DNA of 64,000 nucleotides from Octopus sinensis. Its lineage: Eukaryota. This document shows, in pieces, positions 52,190 to 62,517 of this stretch. Location of the stretch: positions 57,040,001 to 57,104,000 of the forward strand of contig NC_043010.1 of the NCBI RefSeq assembly GCF_006345805.1, in the 5' to 3' direction. The notes under the pieces were generated by a model. That model did no database searches. It was not told the origin of the DNA and saw only the letters and a list, made by a program, of their open reading frames with translations. Every line of letters starts with the position of its first letter. Position 1 is the stretch's first letter. A program made the translations under genes and the position numbers.

Positions 52190-55100
52190 CATGTTGTTGT
52201 TGTTGTTGTTGTTAAGGTGGTGAGCTGGAAGTTAGTGCATGAAACAAAATGTTTTGCAGCATTTCTTCAGTTCCTTACATTCTGAGTTCAAATTCCACTG
52301 AGGTCAGTTTTGCTTTGCATCCTTTTAGGGTCAATAAAACAAGTACCAGGCAGCTACTGGGGATTGATGTAATCGCCTTCCACTTCCCTGCAAAATCTGC
52401 TGGCCCAGAGCCAAAATTTGAAACCATTGGGTGAGCTGGCAGAATCGTCAGCACACCCGAAGAATTGCTTTGAAGCATTTTGTTAATCTTTATGTTCTGG
52501 GTTCAAATGTTGCTGAGGTCGACTTTGCTTTTCATCCTTTCAGGGTCAAAAGTGCCAGTTGAGAAGTGGGGTCATAAACATCTTACTCCCACCCCTCAAT
52601 TTGTTGGCCTTTATTATTATTATTATTATTTTTCAGATCCCTTTGATGTAAAAGTGTCCACCCTACTTACCATGGTCATCCCTATCTCACTGATGTTGCT
52701 GGCTTTAGTGGTCACCCTAATGTTTCTCTTGATTAACCATCGCAAGAATGTCCCTTCTATTTGTGGTAAAAGTCACCATACAAAGGTAAGTAGGGTCACC
52801 ACCACTGATCCATTAGTTTTCCCATTTTATTCATATATAAAAGACAGGCTAATCTCATTTTATTCTCTCATTACTGCTTGGTCAATTCATACTAAGTGGG
52901 GGTAACTATTTTTCAAAGTTAAATCTTGTCCCAAGCCTACAGGCCATTTGGGCCTCGGCATATTCTAGTTTCTGTTGCACTCATAATTACAATATCATGG
53001 GGTCAATTCCAGGACTGGGCTGTACATTGTCTTCTTGAGCAAAACACTTCATTTCCCATTGCTTTGCAGATGGGAGAATGGCAGAATCATCGGCATCTTG
53101 GCAGGAATGCTTTACAATAGATCTCAACATTCTGAGTTCAAATCTCACCTGCTTGGAGAAGGCAATGGGAAAACCATTCTGGTATTCATCCCAAAGTTTA
53201 TTCATGGTAGCCAAAGTTCCAGTAATCTACTTAGTAGTGGCAGGGGAGGGTGTGGGCCCTCTCAGGACATATAAAGAGTGTTGGAGATAGTTCACACGCT
53301 TAGGACCTGCCCTTGGGCAGACCACCATAAGACTAGAGATTTGGCATAGATGAAGTGTTGGCTTAACAGGGGTGGATGGAGATGTAATGATGACAGAGAT
53401 GGAATTAATTTGTAATAACAATGGAGTGGTGTTTGGCTTGAATGGAAGAGTGGTGAGTCAACTGTATGGGTGCAAGCTATGTATTGCATAATATATGCAG
53501 AAGGCAACACGTGCAAAGTGATAAGTGGAGAGCATAGTGCAGCCGAGTTTCAGGTGAATTACAGGTAAGTCTCACTTCAGTTTGCCACCATTTCATTGCA
53601 ATGTTTTTAATTGTAGGACATTGAGAAAGCCCTCTGTGCGAAAAGGGTCCCAGCACAACCATCACTACAGTGCAAAGACTCTTATGTACTGGACCCGAAT
53701 CAAGTACACTTGATGGATGTGATTGGTGAAGGAGCGTTTGGGAAGGTGATGCGGGCTAAATACATCAGTTCTACTTTGCCAGGTATCAAGACCACTGTTG
53801 CTGTGAAAATGTTAAAAGGTAAGAAAATAAAATCAACAAAAACCAACTTCTTTATGATTTTGTTATTGAGGTTTGGTCAGTTCTCAGTATATAAACCTTG
53901 CTTCTGTCCGACCTCAGGTAGTTAGTGATGATTAAGGTATGGGGGTGTGGAGAAGATATATTACTCTGTCACCTCAGGCCTGATCTAAGACACTTATGGT
54001 TTGTAGATGGTCAGTCTTTTGGCTGTGTTAAATCAAAAGACCTGTTGCTCCAGAACTGGCTGTTTTTGTATTTGCTCTCTTGGTCCCAAGAAGAATGGTG
54101 TCTTACCATGGTGCCATCTACTGAATTTAGAGCTTTGTCTGCTTTGAGCTGATCTTTTTCATTTTGCAATGATCAGGTGTCCAATACAGGATGCCTCTAC
54201 TGTGGAACCCCTCACCTGTTGAGAGGGTTCGTTTATTCAGTTAATTTTGTAATTATAGGGAGTGGGGTGATGTGGTCAAGAAGTTTCCCCTTGCTTTGAT
54301 ATGCTTCTCAGTTCGATTCCACTGAGTAGTTAACCTTTCAATAAATTAGATTCTATAACATCTTTAATTAGATCCCAACCTAACGAATGAAATGAGTAAG
54401 AAAAAATGTTTAAGGTTCAAAACCAATAAAATTCAGGTAGAAACTCTTCCTCTACAAATGGGTGAGGATAATTTTTTTGAAATAAAAGGAATACAGTTTG
54501 GTTGCCATTGGTTACACTGAATCTATTTGCTTTTGGTTAATTCTTCAGACAATGCCAGTTACAATGACAAAAAGATGCTGTCTCTTGAGATTAGTGCCAT
54601 GAGGGATCTTGGTTCCAACAGACACATTGTCAGTCTCATTGGTCACTACTGTGTTAGGAACCAACCGGTTCTGGTGTTGGAATATTGTCCACTGGGGGAC
54701 TTACAGAATTACCTGAGGAAGTTCAGGGACAAGGTAAGTGGGCTCACCTTCATTATTGTTTCATTGGGGGCCACTTTCGGATATTAATGAGACCTCAGCC
54801 CTGAGAATTTCCGTTAGACGCTTCCTTGCTCTTGTGCTGTGTGAATTTCATGTGTTGGTGCACCTGTAACTTGTGTTGGTGCACATGTGTTGGTGCACCT
54901 GTGCATTGTTATATGCATTTACCTGTTTTTAGGTGCACCTCTGTTATATGCTGCTGTCACCAACATTTGTTTGCAGTTATGTGCATCTGCTTGTTATGCA
55001 TATATACATGTGGTGTGTGTGATGCGGATGTAGTGTGAAATTTTGCCTTTTTCTTTGTTGTTGTTGTACCAGCTGTTAACCTTGAATAAGCAGACTGCAG

Positions 55101-55309
55101 GCCTCTGATCGGAAACTTCCAGTAGCTCAGTTGTAGTAGAAGAAGGGTGACAGCAATTGAGTGTGCTTTCTCTTTTTAAGGTGGTGGAGTGTAATTAGAG
55201 GTATGATTTGAGTGCTATTTCTATCAGGTGGGCAACCATAAAGATATCCCCTCACTGGTCCCACTGTGGGATTATGTTTATGCGTGTATTTGTGTGCATG
55301 TGTGACGGC

Positions 55310-55343
<34 letters not shown>

Positions 55344-58300
55344 CTGCATGAAATCCTCTCCTTTTCCCTCGCTCCACTACTGTCTCCCCCTCTCTCCATT
55401 ACAATCAGCCACTCTCTTTCTCCAACTCACCTCACTACTGCTACTACTACTCCCTCCCTTTCCTGTCTAACCTCTCTCTCCTTAGGACCCCCACACTGCT
55501 AGAACCACCCAATATGGTTACCAGAATGATCCTGGGCCTGGCAGCAGCAACCGTCTGAAAGGTATATATAATGTTTATTTATTCATTCAATTATATTTAT
55601 TATGCATTGATGACACTTATTGAAATCCTACAGCATGGATTCAGGGTTCAGTCAGAGTGAAATGACTTAATTGCTAATTATCATCAAGTTCCAGTTTGTT
55701 TACTATTAACACTATGGCTTCACTGCATACTGGGTCTTTGGATTCATTTGTACCATGTCCTTACAGTAACATCCACCACCAACCTCCACCATCATCACCA
55801 TTCACCACCTATCCATGGGTACCTTCAGTAGGGTCCACACTGTTGTCACCCACTACTTGGCCCTTTCTTGGTTGTTTTCATGCAAACATTTGGACCCTGT
55901 CTCCTGTCAGAGAATTACTTCCTCTCTTCAGGCCATCACTCTCAGAGATCCCTTAAATGGTTAAAAGTGCATCTTCTACCTTCCACCAATTCCACAAAGG
56001 TCACATATGTTACCTGTGTCCCCTGCAGTTGCTACCCTGCGAAGCCCAGTCACAAATATTCCCTAAATTCAATTTTTATGAAACTCTTTCATATTGTTGT
56101 TTATGAAGTGGATTCCTTCAAAACCAACTTGACTGATTTCTTTTTTTTTTTTTCAAGAATTTCCAGAAATGACCTTCACTACAATGTTGTCATACATTCG
56201 ACAGATTGCCATTGGCATGGTGAGTTGTGCTGGAGGCTTTATCAATCGATCAATCCTGATTATTGATCTCTATCTTTTGATATTGAAAATAATATTTTGT
56301 TTGCTAAATGTCTTTTGATTTGTATTAAAGAATAACGACCAACCTAATATATCCTTGTTTGTATTAGGGTACTATTAACGATTACCAGGTCACTGTATCA
56401 TTCTTTGTTTGCATTCAGGAGTATCTCTCAGCTCAAAAGATCATTCACAGGGACCTGGCTGCCCGCAATGTACTGGTATCTTCCCATAATTTGGTCAAAC
56501 TATGTGACTTTGGGCTGGCCAGGGATGTTTACGAGAATGACTTCTATCACTTGAAAAGCAGACAGAAACTTCCTTATAAGTGGATGGCCATTGAAACATT
56601 GAAAGACCAAATATTTACTGTGAAGAGTGATGTGTGAGTAGATTTGCTTGGATCCTTCTTTCTTTGGATTTCAGGATGTTTAGTGTGAGAGTGGGTTGGC
56701 ACAGTCTTCAAATTGTGATATTTACTTGAAGTAGTAGGACTCTACCAAACTCTTCCTAGTCACACTTTATGTATTGGATAAATTTCATTAGAGTTAATAT
56801 GGAGCTATATATGTATGTGTGTGTGTGTGTATGTATATATATATGTTGAAGTTATAAGAGGTAATGGTGTCATTGAGACCCAAAGGTGTCAGGTAATGCT
56901 GAATAAGTGCTATTGACAGACCATAGTTAAGTTCCAGATTCGGTAATTTTGCGAATAAGGGGTTCAACGTTGGTCTATGTCAGTGTGTGTATTTAAGAAT
57001 TTTTTGCATAATGAGATAAAAAAATCAAGGCTGTGTAGATAGAACATTGATAGATAGAAGGTCTTATATGTATATATATGTATGTATATGTATATAAAGG
57101 CGGCGAGCTGGCAGAAACGTTAGCACGCTGGGTGAAATGCGTAGCCATCTGCTGTTACATTCTGAGTTCAAATTCCGCCGAGGTCGACTTTGCCTTTGAT
57201 CCTTTCGGGGTCGATAAATAAAGTACCAGTTACGCACTGGGGTCGATATAATCGACTTAATCCCTTTGTTTGTCCTCTCTATGTTAAGCCCCTTGTGGGC
57301 ATAAAAGACATGTATATATGTATATAAACTTTTCTCATTTCTTTCTTTTTTAATCTTTCGTCATTCCTTGCATTTATTTAACTTGTATTACTAACATGCT
57401 TCTGTAATTATCAAGTAACTGACAAACGTCATCAAAATCATAACCATTAATTATTGAGTGCCATACAACATGAATTTTGACATACAACATATATACCTCT
57501 TGTTTCATTGTTTGATTTTTAGGTGGTCCTTTGGTGTGGTAATGTGGGAAGTAACTTCCTTTGGTAGTTGCCCCTATCCTGGTTTAAATGGCCTTGAACT
57601 CTATCAGTCTCTTGAGCAAGGATATCGCCTGACCTCTCCTCCAAACTGTTCACCAAAACTGTATGTAGTTTAAAAAAAGATTGTTTTGTTTGTTTCGGGT
57701 AGATGTTTCTCAGGGTGAAATGTGACTGTGATAATGTTTTTGTATATAATATAATAATGTTGGTGTGTGGAACAATAATGTTTCTGTATTGGATAATAAT
57801 GCATGTGTGTGTAATGATGGTGTTGGTGAGTATGTGTGTGTGTGTTTGAAGTGAAGATAATGTTTTTGTGAGTGAAGTGATAATGCATTTAACTAATACA
57901 ATAATGTTTGTGATTGAAATGATAATGTCTATGAGAAATGAATCAAGGTTCTGTGGATGATGTTATTGGGCAAAATAAAAATATCTTTATGAGATATTAT
58001 TGTGTGTGAAATATTAATATCTGTGTGTGAAGTGATAAATTATTGTAGCCAATACTGTCCGGACAGATAGGTGTAAATGACTTTATATAATATCTTCAAG
58101 GGCTGTGAAAAAAGGGGTCAGCTGGATTAGTTACAAACCTGTGTTGGGATTTCATTAGTGACTGAACATTCTTATTCTCTTTTAGTACCTTCTTTAATAT
58201 CAGAGATGCAGCTAAAGAAGCCACAATTGTAAATTAGAGAAACCTATCATAAATTATACCAATGTGTATGACCAATTATGTAAAATGCAAACTATATTTA

Positions 58301-59268
58301 TATATTTTAAATGTGTCACATAGCTGTAACATTCCTCATGTGACATACCTGTGATTCAGGTGATGCATTATATTTTGTGATCTGTGGAACAGAACAATCA
58401 CTGACCCACATTTGGACATGTTTATCAGGAACATATACACTCACACTTATGCACACACGTGTGTGTGTGTGTCTGTGTGTGTGTTCGTTCTAAGATTCTC
58501 AGATTGTTACTGAGTTTCATGTTTTTGACTGGATATTTAGAAATACAAAACCCCCATGATAGTAGCCAATCAGCATTTAGTAAACTCTACACATAATTTT
58601 AGAGGCTGAATACTTTTCCTCCTTTTGTAAACAGAAGCATTTTCCAACTTATAATATATATATAGATCAGATTGGAGCCTGGTGCAGCCATCTGGTTTGC
58701 CAGTCTTCAGTCAAATCGTCCAACCCATGCTAGCATGGAAAGCAGACGTTAAATGATAATGAGGATGATGATGATGTATCAGCTGTCCCACAAATGTGAA
58801 CATACAATCAAAAGTCCAGGAAAGAGAGAACATTTACGATGAATTAATGGAGAACTTACAGCTTTTGTACCCTGACAATAAATTCTTATTCACTCTTACC
58901 CTCAGAGGTGCATAAGGCTACAAACCTACAAATTTACACAAGAACCGAGAAATATTAGGTTTTCAAAGAGAGATCAAGCTAAGCTGATGTGGATTTTTTC
59001 AAGTCCAATCTATTAGTGGCACAATGAAGATTTGTGAGACTTCCAAAAATATTCCATCTGAGATTTTTTAGGCGAAGAAATGCGCACTTGGGTGTACGCA
59101 TCAACAGTTCGACCGACACACCAGCTCAACCACATATTTACAAACACAGGGAGATCTCCAAACTCACAAGGTCTTGTTGCTTTGTTAGCAACTGACTTGA
59201 TCTCTCTTCAGAAGAACTTAAATAAGACCCAAAGAAAATCATAAATACGTGTGTGTGTGTGTGTGTGT

Positions 59269-59302
<34 letters not shown>

Positions 59303-60705
59303 GCTATGTTCTCCATGGAATCTCCAACATTCCGACAGAACTGTAAGGAAATGCCTCAATTCCAGAATATTCTTAATAACTTTCCTATCTTCAAAATAAA
59401 GTTGAAACGTAAAATATGAGCATTTTCAAGAAGTCTAGTTTATTTTTCTAGTTATTCCATAATGAAGAATTGTTGGCACAGAGAATCAACCATGCGTCCT
59501 GGGTTTTCAGAATTACGCTGGAGTGTTGAAAAACTTATGGAAGAAGAGAATTGTTACCTTCAGTTAGAGAGCGGAAGAGAATGTAGTGCTGTAGATGGCG
59601 CTGTTGCAGCCAGCCCGTTATTGGAACCAAAGTAAGACAACTTGTTTTATGTTGTTGTTCTATGTGCAGGTTCGTGGCTGTCATCTGACATATCTGTAAT
59701 GTGTCATAAGTAGATCTGACTGACATTAAGATATATCACAGTTAATCTTCATCAAGTGTCAGCCGTCATATGTATGATTCCAGTTCACCCATTCAGGGAT
59801 CTTTCTCCCTGCTTCCCCTGTTAGGGGACCAGCTGTTCTGCTCTGTTCCAGGTGAGAAACAAAGGATGGGTTGTCATTTTATTGGTTTATTATGAAATGA
59901 TCTAAAACAGTAGGTTGGTGTTGGTGTTTAAGGATCAAAATGTCATGAGGGGTGGATTTTCTGACTCACAGGGCCCTGAGTTCAAACCCTGCTGAGGTCA
60001 ACTTAGCCTTTCATTCTTTCAAGGTTCTACTAATCCACCATCTTGAAATGGTGGATTAGTAGGAGAGTGGATGGGTTAGGGGTATCTTTTGAAGACTGTA
60101 TTCATTCACCTGCACTGGGGCTATGCTCTAGTGGCCCTTGGTCTTTTCCTTGGATAACATCATTAGCAGGAACAGGAGGGAGACGTGCATGTAGAGACAT
60201 ATGGGGGTCTTCAATGAAAGAATCTTGCCAGAACCTCTATGTTGGAGGGGGATCTTTAAAGGGACACATACCAAAGCCTAGATGTTGTAGGGGATATTTG
60301 AAGGGAAGCATTCTTCATCTCACAATGCCCATGTAGCTTCACAATAAATCTTTTCATTTTGGACTAGATTTTTTTCCCCTACCATTTAATCAAATCAGAT
60401 GTGTATTAATCATTAAATTTTGTAATATTTTCATTTTCAGCAAATCCTCTCCTAATTGTATTGAGATGAAGGCCACCACTCAGGAGGATTACTTGTCACC
60501 TGACATGAGTCTACAGAAGCCTGAACCCAGGCGGTATCAAGTTGTTGAGAGACAAAGGGTCGTCACTACACATGTCTATAAGTCACCAAAGGATGTCACC
60601 TTGAAACACTGTATATTTCTTCCCAAATCTGTCTCTGTCAAACTCTCAACTTTGAATAGTTTGAAATATTTTCAAGAGAAAGTTTACGATTCTGGTTCTG
60701 GATAA
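33815..60705 (+). CDS. Receptor tyrosine kinase, Torso-like (signal peptide, Cys-rich domain, 3 FN3-like domains, TM, split kinase); 21 exons, 970 aa (979 aa with micro-exon)
   Basis: Hand-spliced GT-AG exons join in one frame (2913 nt including the stop). Motifs [30 protein letters not shown] and SDVWSFG. The RTK call is firm; Torso orthology is inference. Confidence 0.9.
34996..35419. mobile_element. Palindromic MITE (424 bp) in RTK intron 1
   Basis: GGGATCTTT...AAAGATCCC termini; ~190-bp inverted arms (gttaaagttgtcgtatttcggtaatttcaa / ttgaaattaccgaaatacgacaactttaac). Confidence 0.9.
36740..37185 (+). mobile_element. 3' end of an RTE (BovB-like) LINE
   Basis: [39 protein letters not shown]. 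Confidence 0.7.
37724..37810 (+). CDS. RTK exon 2
   Basis: atccag|[29 protein letters not shown]|gtgagt, phase 0-0. Confidence 0.8.
38263..38319 (+). CDS. RTK exon 3
   Basis: caacag|[19 protein letters not shown]|gtaagt, phase 0-0. Confidence 0.8.
38450..38575 (+). mobile_element. SINE head (second tRNA-derived family)
   Basis: gtgaaggtacatggcctggtggttaggg..gtgttcttgagcaaaacacttcatttca. Confidence 0.7.
39640..39950 (-). mobile_element. SINE copy (second family)
   Basis: Shares gaaattaatgtgcaagtggctgagtactccacagac..gagattcagtgtgacac with 24560-24630. Confidence 0.75.
40026..40104 (+). CDS. RTK exon 4
   Basis: tttcag|[26 protein letters not shown]|gtgagg, phase 0-1. Confidence 0.8.
40233..40459 (+). 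CDS. RTK exon 5 (FN3-like domain 1)
   Basis: tttaag|[34 protein letters not shown]|gtaagt, phase 1-0. Confidence 0.8.
40961..41164 (+). mobile_element. tRNA-derived SINE copy
   Basis: gaaatgcttagcggtatttcg..gagttcaaattctgccgaggtc..gccccctgtgggcaataaagaaata. Confidence 0.9.
41386..41509 (+). CDS. RTK exon 6 (FN3-like domain 1)
   Basis: ctgtag|[33 protein letters not shown]|gtaagg; FN3 Y..AVN..G motif; phase 0-1. Confidence 0.88.
42707..42805 (+). CDS. RTK exon 7 (FN3-like domain 2)
   Basis: ttccag|[33 protein letters not shown]|gtgaat, phase 1-1. Confidence 0.85.
42937..43004 (+). CDS. RTK exon 8
   Basis: tctcag|[23 protein letters not shown]|gtgagt, phase 1-0. Confidence 0.85.
43020..43135. 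repeat. (GAT)n/(GGT)n trinucleotide microsatellite
   Basis: Directly visible. Confidence 0.95.
43150..43508 (+). mobile_element. Non-autonomous Helentron/HINE-like element
   Basis: 5' acctccaccaagg; 3' (ACAA)n followed by the short hairpin accttcgctaacgtggaggt. Family assignment from recall. Confidence 0.4.
43512..43670 (-). mobile_element. tRNA-derived SINE copy (antisense)
   Basis: ggtttcaaattttggcacaaggccagcaattt..gacccccagtg..cattttgtccggcctgctaa. Confidence 0.75.
44259..44427 (+). CDS. RTK exon 9 (FN3-like domain 2)
   Basis: cctcag|[39 protein letters not shown]|gtaagt, phase 0-1. Confidence 0.9.
45778..45989 (+). CDS. RTK exon 10 (FN3-like domain 3)
   Basis: aaccag|[33 protein letters not shown]|gtatgt, phase 1-0. 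Confidence 0.9.
46520..47340 (-). mobile_element. Degraded 3' part of an RTE LINE
   Basis: Minus strand reads [28 protein letters not shown]. Confidence 0.75.
47760..47877 (+). CDS. RTK exon 11 (FN3-like domain 3)
   Basis: tgtcag|[39 protein letters not shown]|gtaagt, phase 0-1. Confidence 0.9.
48073..48270 (+). mobile_element. tRNA-derived SINE copy
   Basis: aaggcggagagctggtagaattgttagc..ataagtaccagtt..ctggggtcgatgtaatcgact. Confidence 0.85.
48657..48994. mobile_element. Palindromic MITE (338 bp) in RTK intron 11
   Basis: ~135-bp inverted arms: attgaagtgttggtacttgtctccattttggatgagaat versus attctcatccaaaatggagatgagtaccaacacttcaat. Confidence 0.85.
50865..50912 (+). CDS. RTK exon 12 (juxtamembrane stalk)
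   Basis: ttacag|[16 protein letters not shown]|gtgagt, phase 1-1, 48 nt. Confidence 0.7.
51545..51774. mobile_element. Older one-armed copy of the 34996-35419 MITE family
   Basis: attgattggttaaaattacc..acattctaccagtg..aaagtgtttagtt matches 35230-35372. Confidence 0.75.
52137..52213. repeat. (TTA)n(GTT)n microsatellite
   Basis: Directly visible. Confidence 0.95.
52214..52610 (+). mobile_element. Two tandem tRNA-derived SINE copies
   Basis: Heads aaggtggtgagctgg (52214) and ggtgagctggcagaatcg (52430), each followed by gaggtc..tttgctt..catccttt. Confidence 0.8.
52637..52785 (+). CDS. RTK exon 13 (transmembrane helix)
   Basis: tttcag|[50 protein letters not shown]|gtaagt, phase 1-0. Confidence 0.92.
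53617..53818 (+). CDS. RTK exon 14 (juxtamembrane and kinase subdomains I-II)
   Basis: ttgtag|[27 protein letters not shown]|gtaaga, phase 0-1. Confidence 0.95.
54549..54733 (+). CDS. RTK exon 15 (kinase subdomains III-V)
   Basis: cttcag|[51 protein letters not shown]|gtaagt, phase 1-0. Confidence 0.95.
55486..55561 (+). CDS. RTK exon 16 (kinase insert)
   Basis: ccttag|[25 protein letters not shown]|gtatat, phase 0-1; needed to keep the frame between exons 15 and 17. Confidence 0.75.
56158..56219 (+). CDS. RTK exon 17 (kinase subdomain VIa)
   Basis: ttcaag|[21 protein letters not shown]|gtgagt, phase 1-0. Confidence 0.92.
56419..56633 (+). CDS. RTK exon 18 (catalytic and activation loops)
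   Basis: attcag|[66 protein letters not shown]|gtgagt, phase 0-2. Confidence 0.97.
57097..57310 (+). mobile_element. Near-consensus tRNA-derived SINE copy
   Basis: aaggcggcgagctggcagaaacgttagc (A-box-like), gagttcaaattcc (B-box-like), 3' tail gccccttgtgggcataaaag. Confidence 0.9.
57523..57660 (+). CDS. RTK exon 19 (kinase subdomains IX-X)
   Basis: ttttag|[34 protein letters not shown]|gtatgt, phase 2-2. Confidence 0.96.
57710..58040. repeat. Degenerate ~22-bp tandem repeat (TGTGTGAAGTGATAATGTTT-like)
   Basis: Recurrent gataatg/aataatg core in intron 19. Confidence 0.6.
58670..58776 (+). mobile_element. 3' tail fragment of an RTE-type LINE
   Basis: gtccaacccatgctagcatggaaagcagacgttaaatgat..gatgatgat. 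Confidence 0.7.
59452..59631 (+). CDS. RTK exon 20 (kinase subdomain XI and start of tail)
   Basis: ttctag|[42 protein letters not shown]|gtaaga, phase 2-2. Confidence 0.92.
59825..59851 (+). CDS. Candidate 27-nt micro-exon in the RTK tail
   Basis: ctttctccctgcttcccctgttag|G GGA CCA GCT GTT CTG CTC TGT TCC AG|gtgaga, phase 2-2, frame-preserving. Confidence 0.5.
60441..60705 (+). CDS. RTK terminal coding exon
   Basis: tttcag|[32 protein letters not shown], phase 2, TAA at 60703-05. Confidence 0.8.
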
Positions 60706-62430
60706 AGAAGACTGGGAACAAATTTGGCAATTTTTGGCAAAATATGTACCCTTTTACCAAAAGTTAGTGAAATATTTAAAATGTTTACAGTTGGATAGAT
60801 AGACAAATATAACAAAATAATTTGATAAAAAATGTGAATTTTTAATTATTTTCTGAGATTTTACAAAAACAACAAAAATATTTTTTAATTTTCTTTTTCT
60901 TTTAGTCTTGAAGTTCAAACATTTTATTTGAGAAGAAAATGGAGGAGGTTTTTAGAGAAAGATTTGTCAGGTTTCATTTTTTTTTTAGTTTTTAAAACAA
61001 ACTTTCGAAAAATTTCTAAAGAAGAAAGTAAAGAAAACTTTATATTTCTTTATTTTAGCAATTAATGTCTAAGTTTGTTTCTTCAAGCAAATAATCCTTT
61101 AATGAGTTGTTTGATTAATTACAGATTTCGATGAACTTTGACATTGATGTTATATATATATTTTAACATAAATTTAGAGTTTGTTGGGGAGAGAAAGTTT
61201 CATGTAAATATTTTCAATTTCTTTATTTTATTTGTAAGATCTCAAACAGAAGAACACAACTCTCCTGCATGACCCCTTACTTTTATTACATATGTAAATC
61301 TCTTTTATTTCTCACGTAAATAATTCTTTTCATTTTTACTGATGGAATTTTCACTCCTTTGTAAATTGTAAAAATATAGAAACTTTTTCTTTTTATTGTT
61401 CCATCCAGGCTTTATAATTATTATTTTATCTTTTTATAATTTCTTCCAAATATTTTTATTCTTTATACTTTTGATATTTCTCTTTTGTAGTTTTTATAAG
61501 TTCTCTCATTATTTTTTCACCATTTTTCCTGTATATTTGAATATTTTTGCCATATCATTTTATATCTTTCATGGTTTTATTATTTCTTTCGTGTCTGTTT
61601 TTTTACCCCTATTTTTTCTTTATCTTTCATTATATCTTTTCTGATTTACAAATTTTGACACATCTACCTCCCCACTCTTTATTTAATTAAAATATTCTTA
61701 ATTTCAATTTCTTTACCTTGTCCAATGTGGACATTAAAACAACCACACCTACTTGATGTAGATCAGACAAAGACATGTGTTGAGTCACTGATGAAAACAA
61801 ACTTCAATTCATTTTCTATTTTTGGTTTGATTGGATCCTGAAAAGCAACCAAGAAGAACAAATAAAATGAAATAAAATATGCTACAATTTGTATTTCGGT
61901 TGACAAAAGTCAAAACTATCACATATTAAAGAAGAGCTCTAAACAAGGGAGATAACAACTTACTTTTAAAGATATTTTGCCATTGAAATAAGTTTATGGC
62001 TCAGAAACTCTATTGACCAATCTTTATATTGTTTGTATTCCCACCAAATTTACACATAAAGTTTGAGTCGTGTTGCTAATTTAATTATTTTTAGAATGGT
62101 TTAACAAACTTCTATATCCAACAAGTAAGGATCAGTGTTTGTGCAGGGCTTTTTCGATGTACGACAAATGTTTCTTTACAAATTAACTTTTCAATGTCTG
62201 CTTCATCAGGTTTCATTTTATTATTATTATTATAGATGAGTGATTATCATATTTCCAGAAACTTGGTTTCTGAAACATATTTCTCCTTTAAACTGTAGCA
62301 AAAATAGATTTGGTGTGGATATTTCTGAAATGTTGGTTGGACAAGGTTTTTCTAAAGCTTCCTCTACAAAACTGACAATTCTTATTTCTTCAAATAAAAT
62401 ATTTGAACCATATTTTATTAGAATAAAAAC
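60706..62430 (+). promoter_or_regulatory. Probable AT-rich 3' UTR of the RTK with candidate AATAAA signals
   Basis: U-rich unique sequence; AATAAA at 61861, 62393 and 62422, the last followed by a U-rich tract. Confidence 0.45.
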
Positions 62431-62517
62431 AGTGAAACAGCTTTGAGTTATTTATTTTTTCTTTCATCTCTATTTTGCAATGTTTCTTTTTCGTTAAGTG
62501 GAAACCAACATATTTTA

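Noticed and set aside
53538-53564. Possible extra 27-nt exon before exon 14 (CAG|GTAAGT donor at 53564)
   Set aside because: Strong donor but no pyrimidine tract at the acceptor and only a 52-nt downstream intron; not needed for frame.
55073-55110. Alternative kinase-insert exon after ..gttgtaccag
   Set aside because: In-frame TGA after 11 codons in the required phase 0.
61396-61644. Hydrophobic 82-aa ORF resembling a membrane protein
   Set aside because: Low-complexity T-rich 3' UTR with a non-ATG start.
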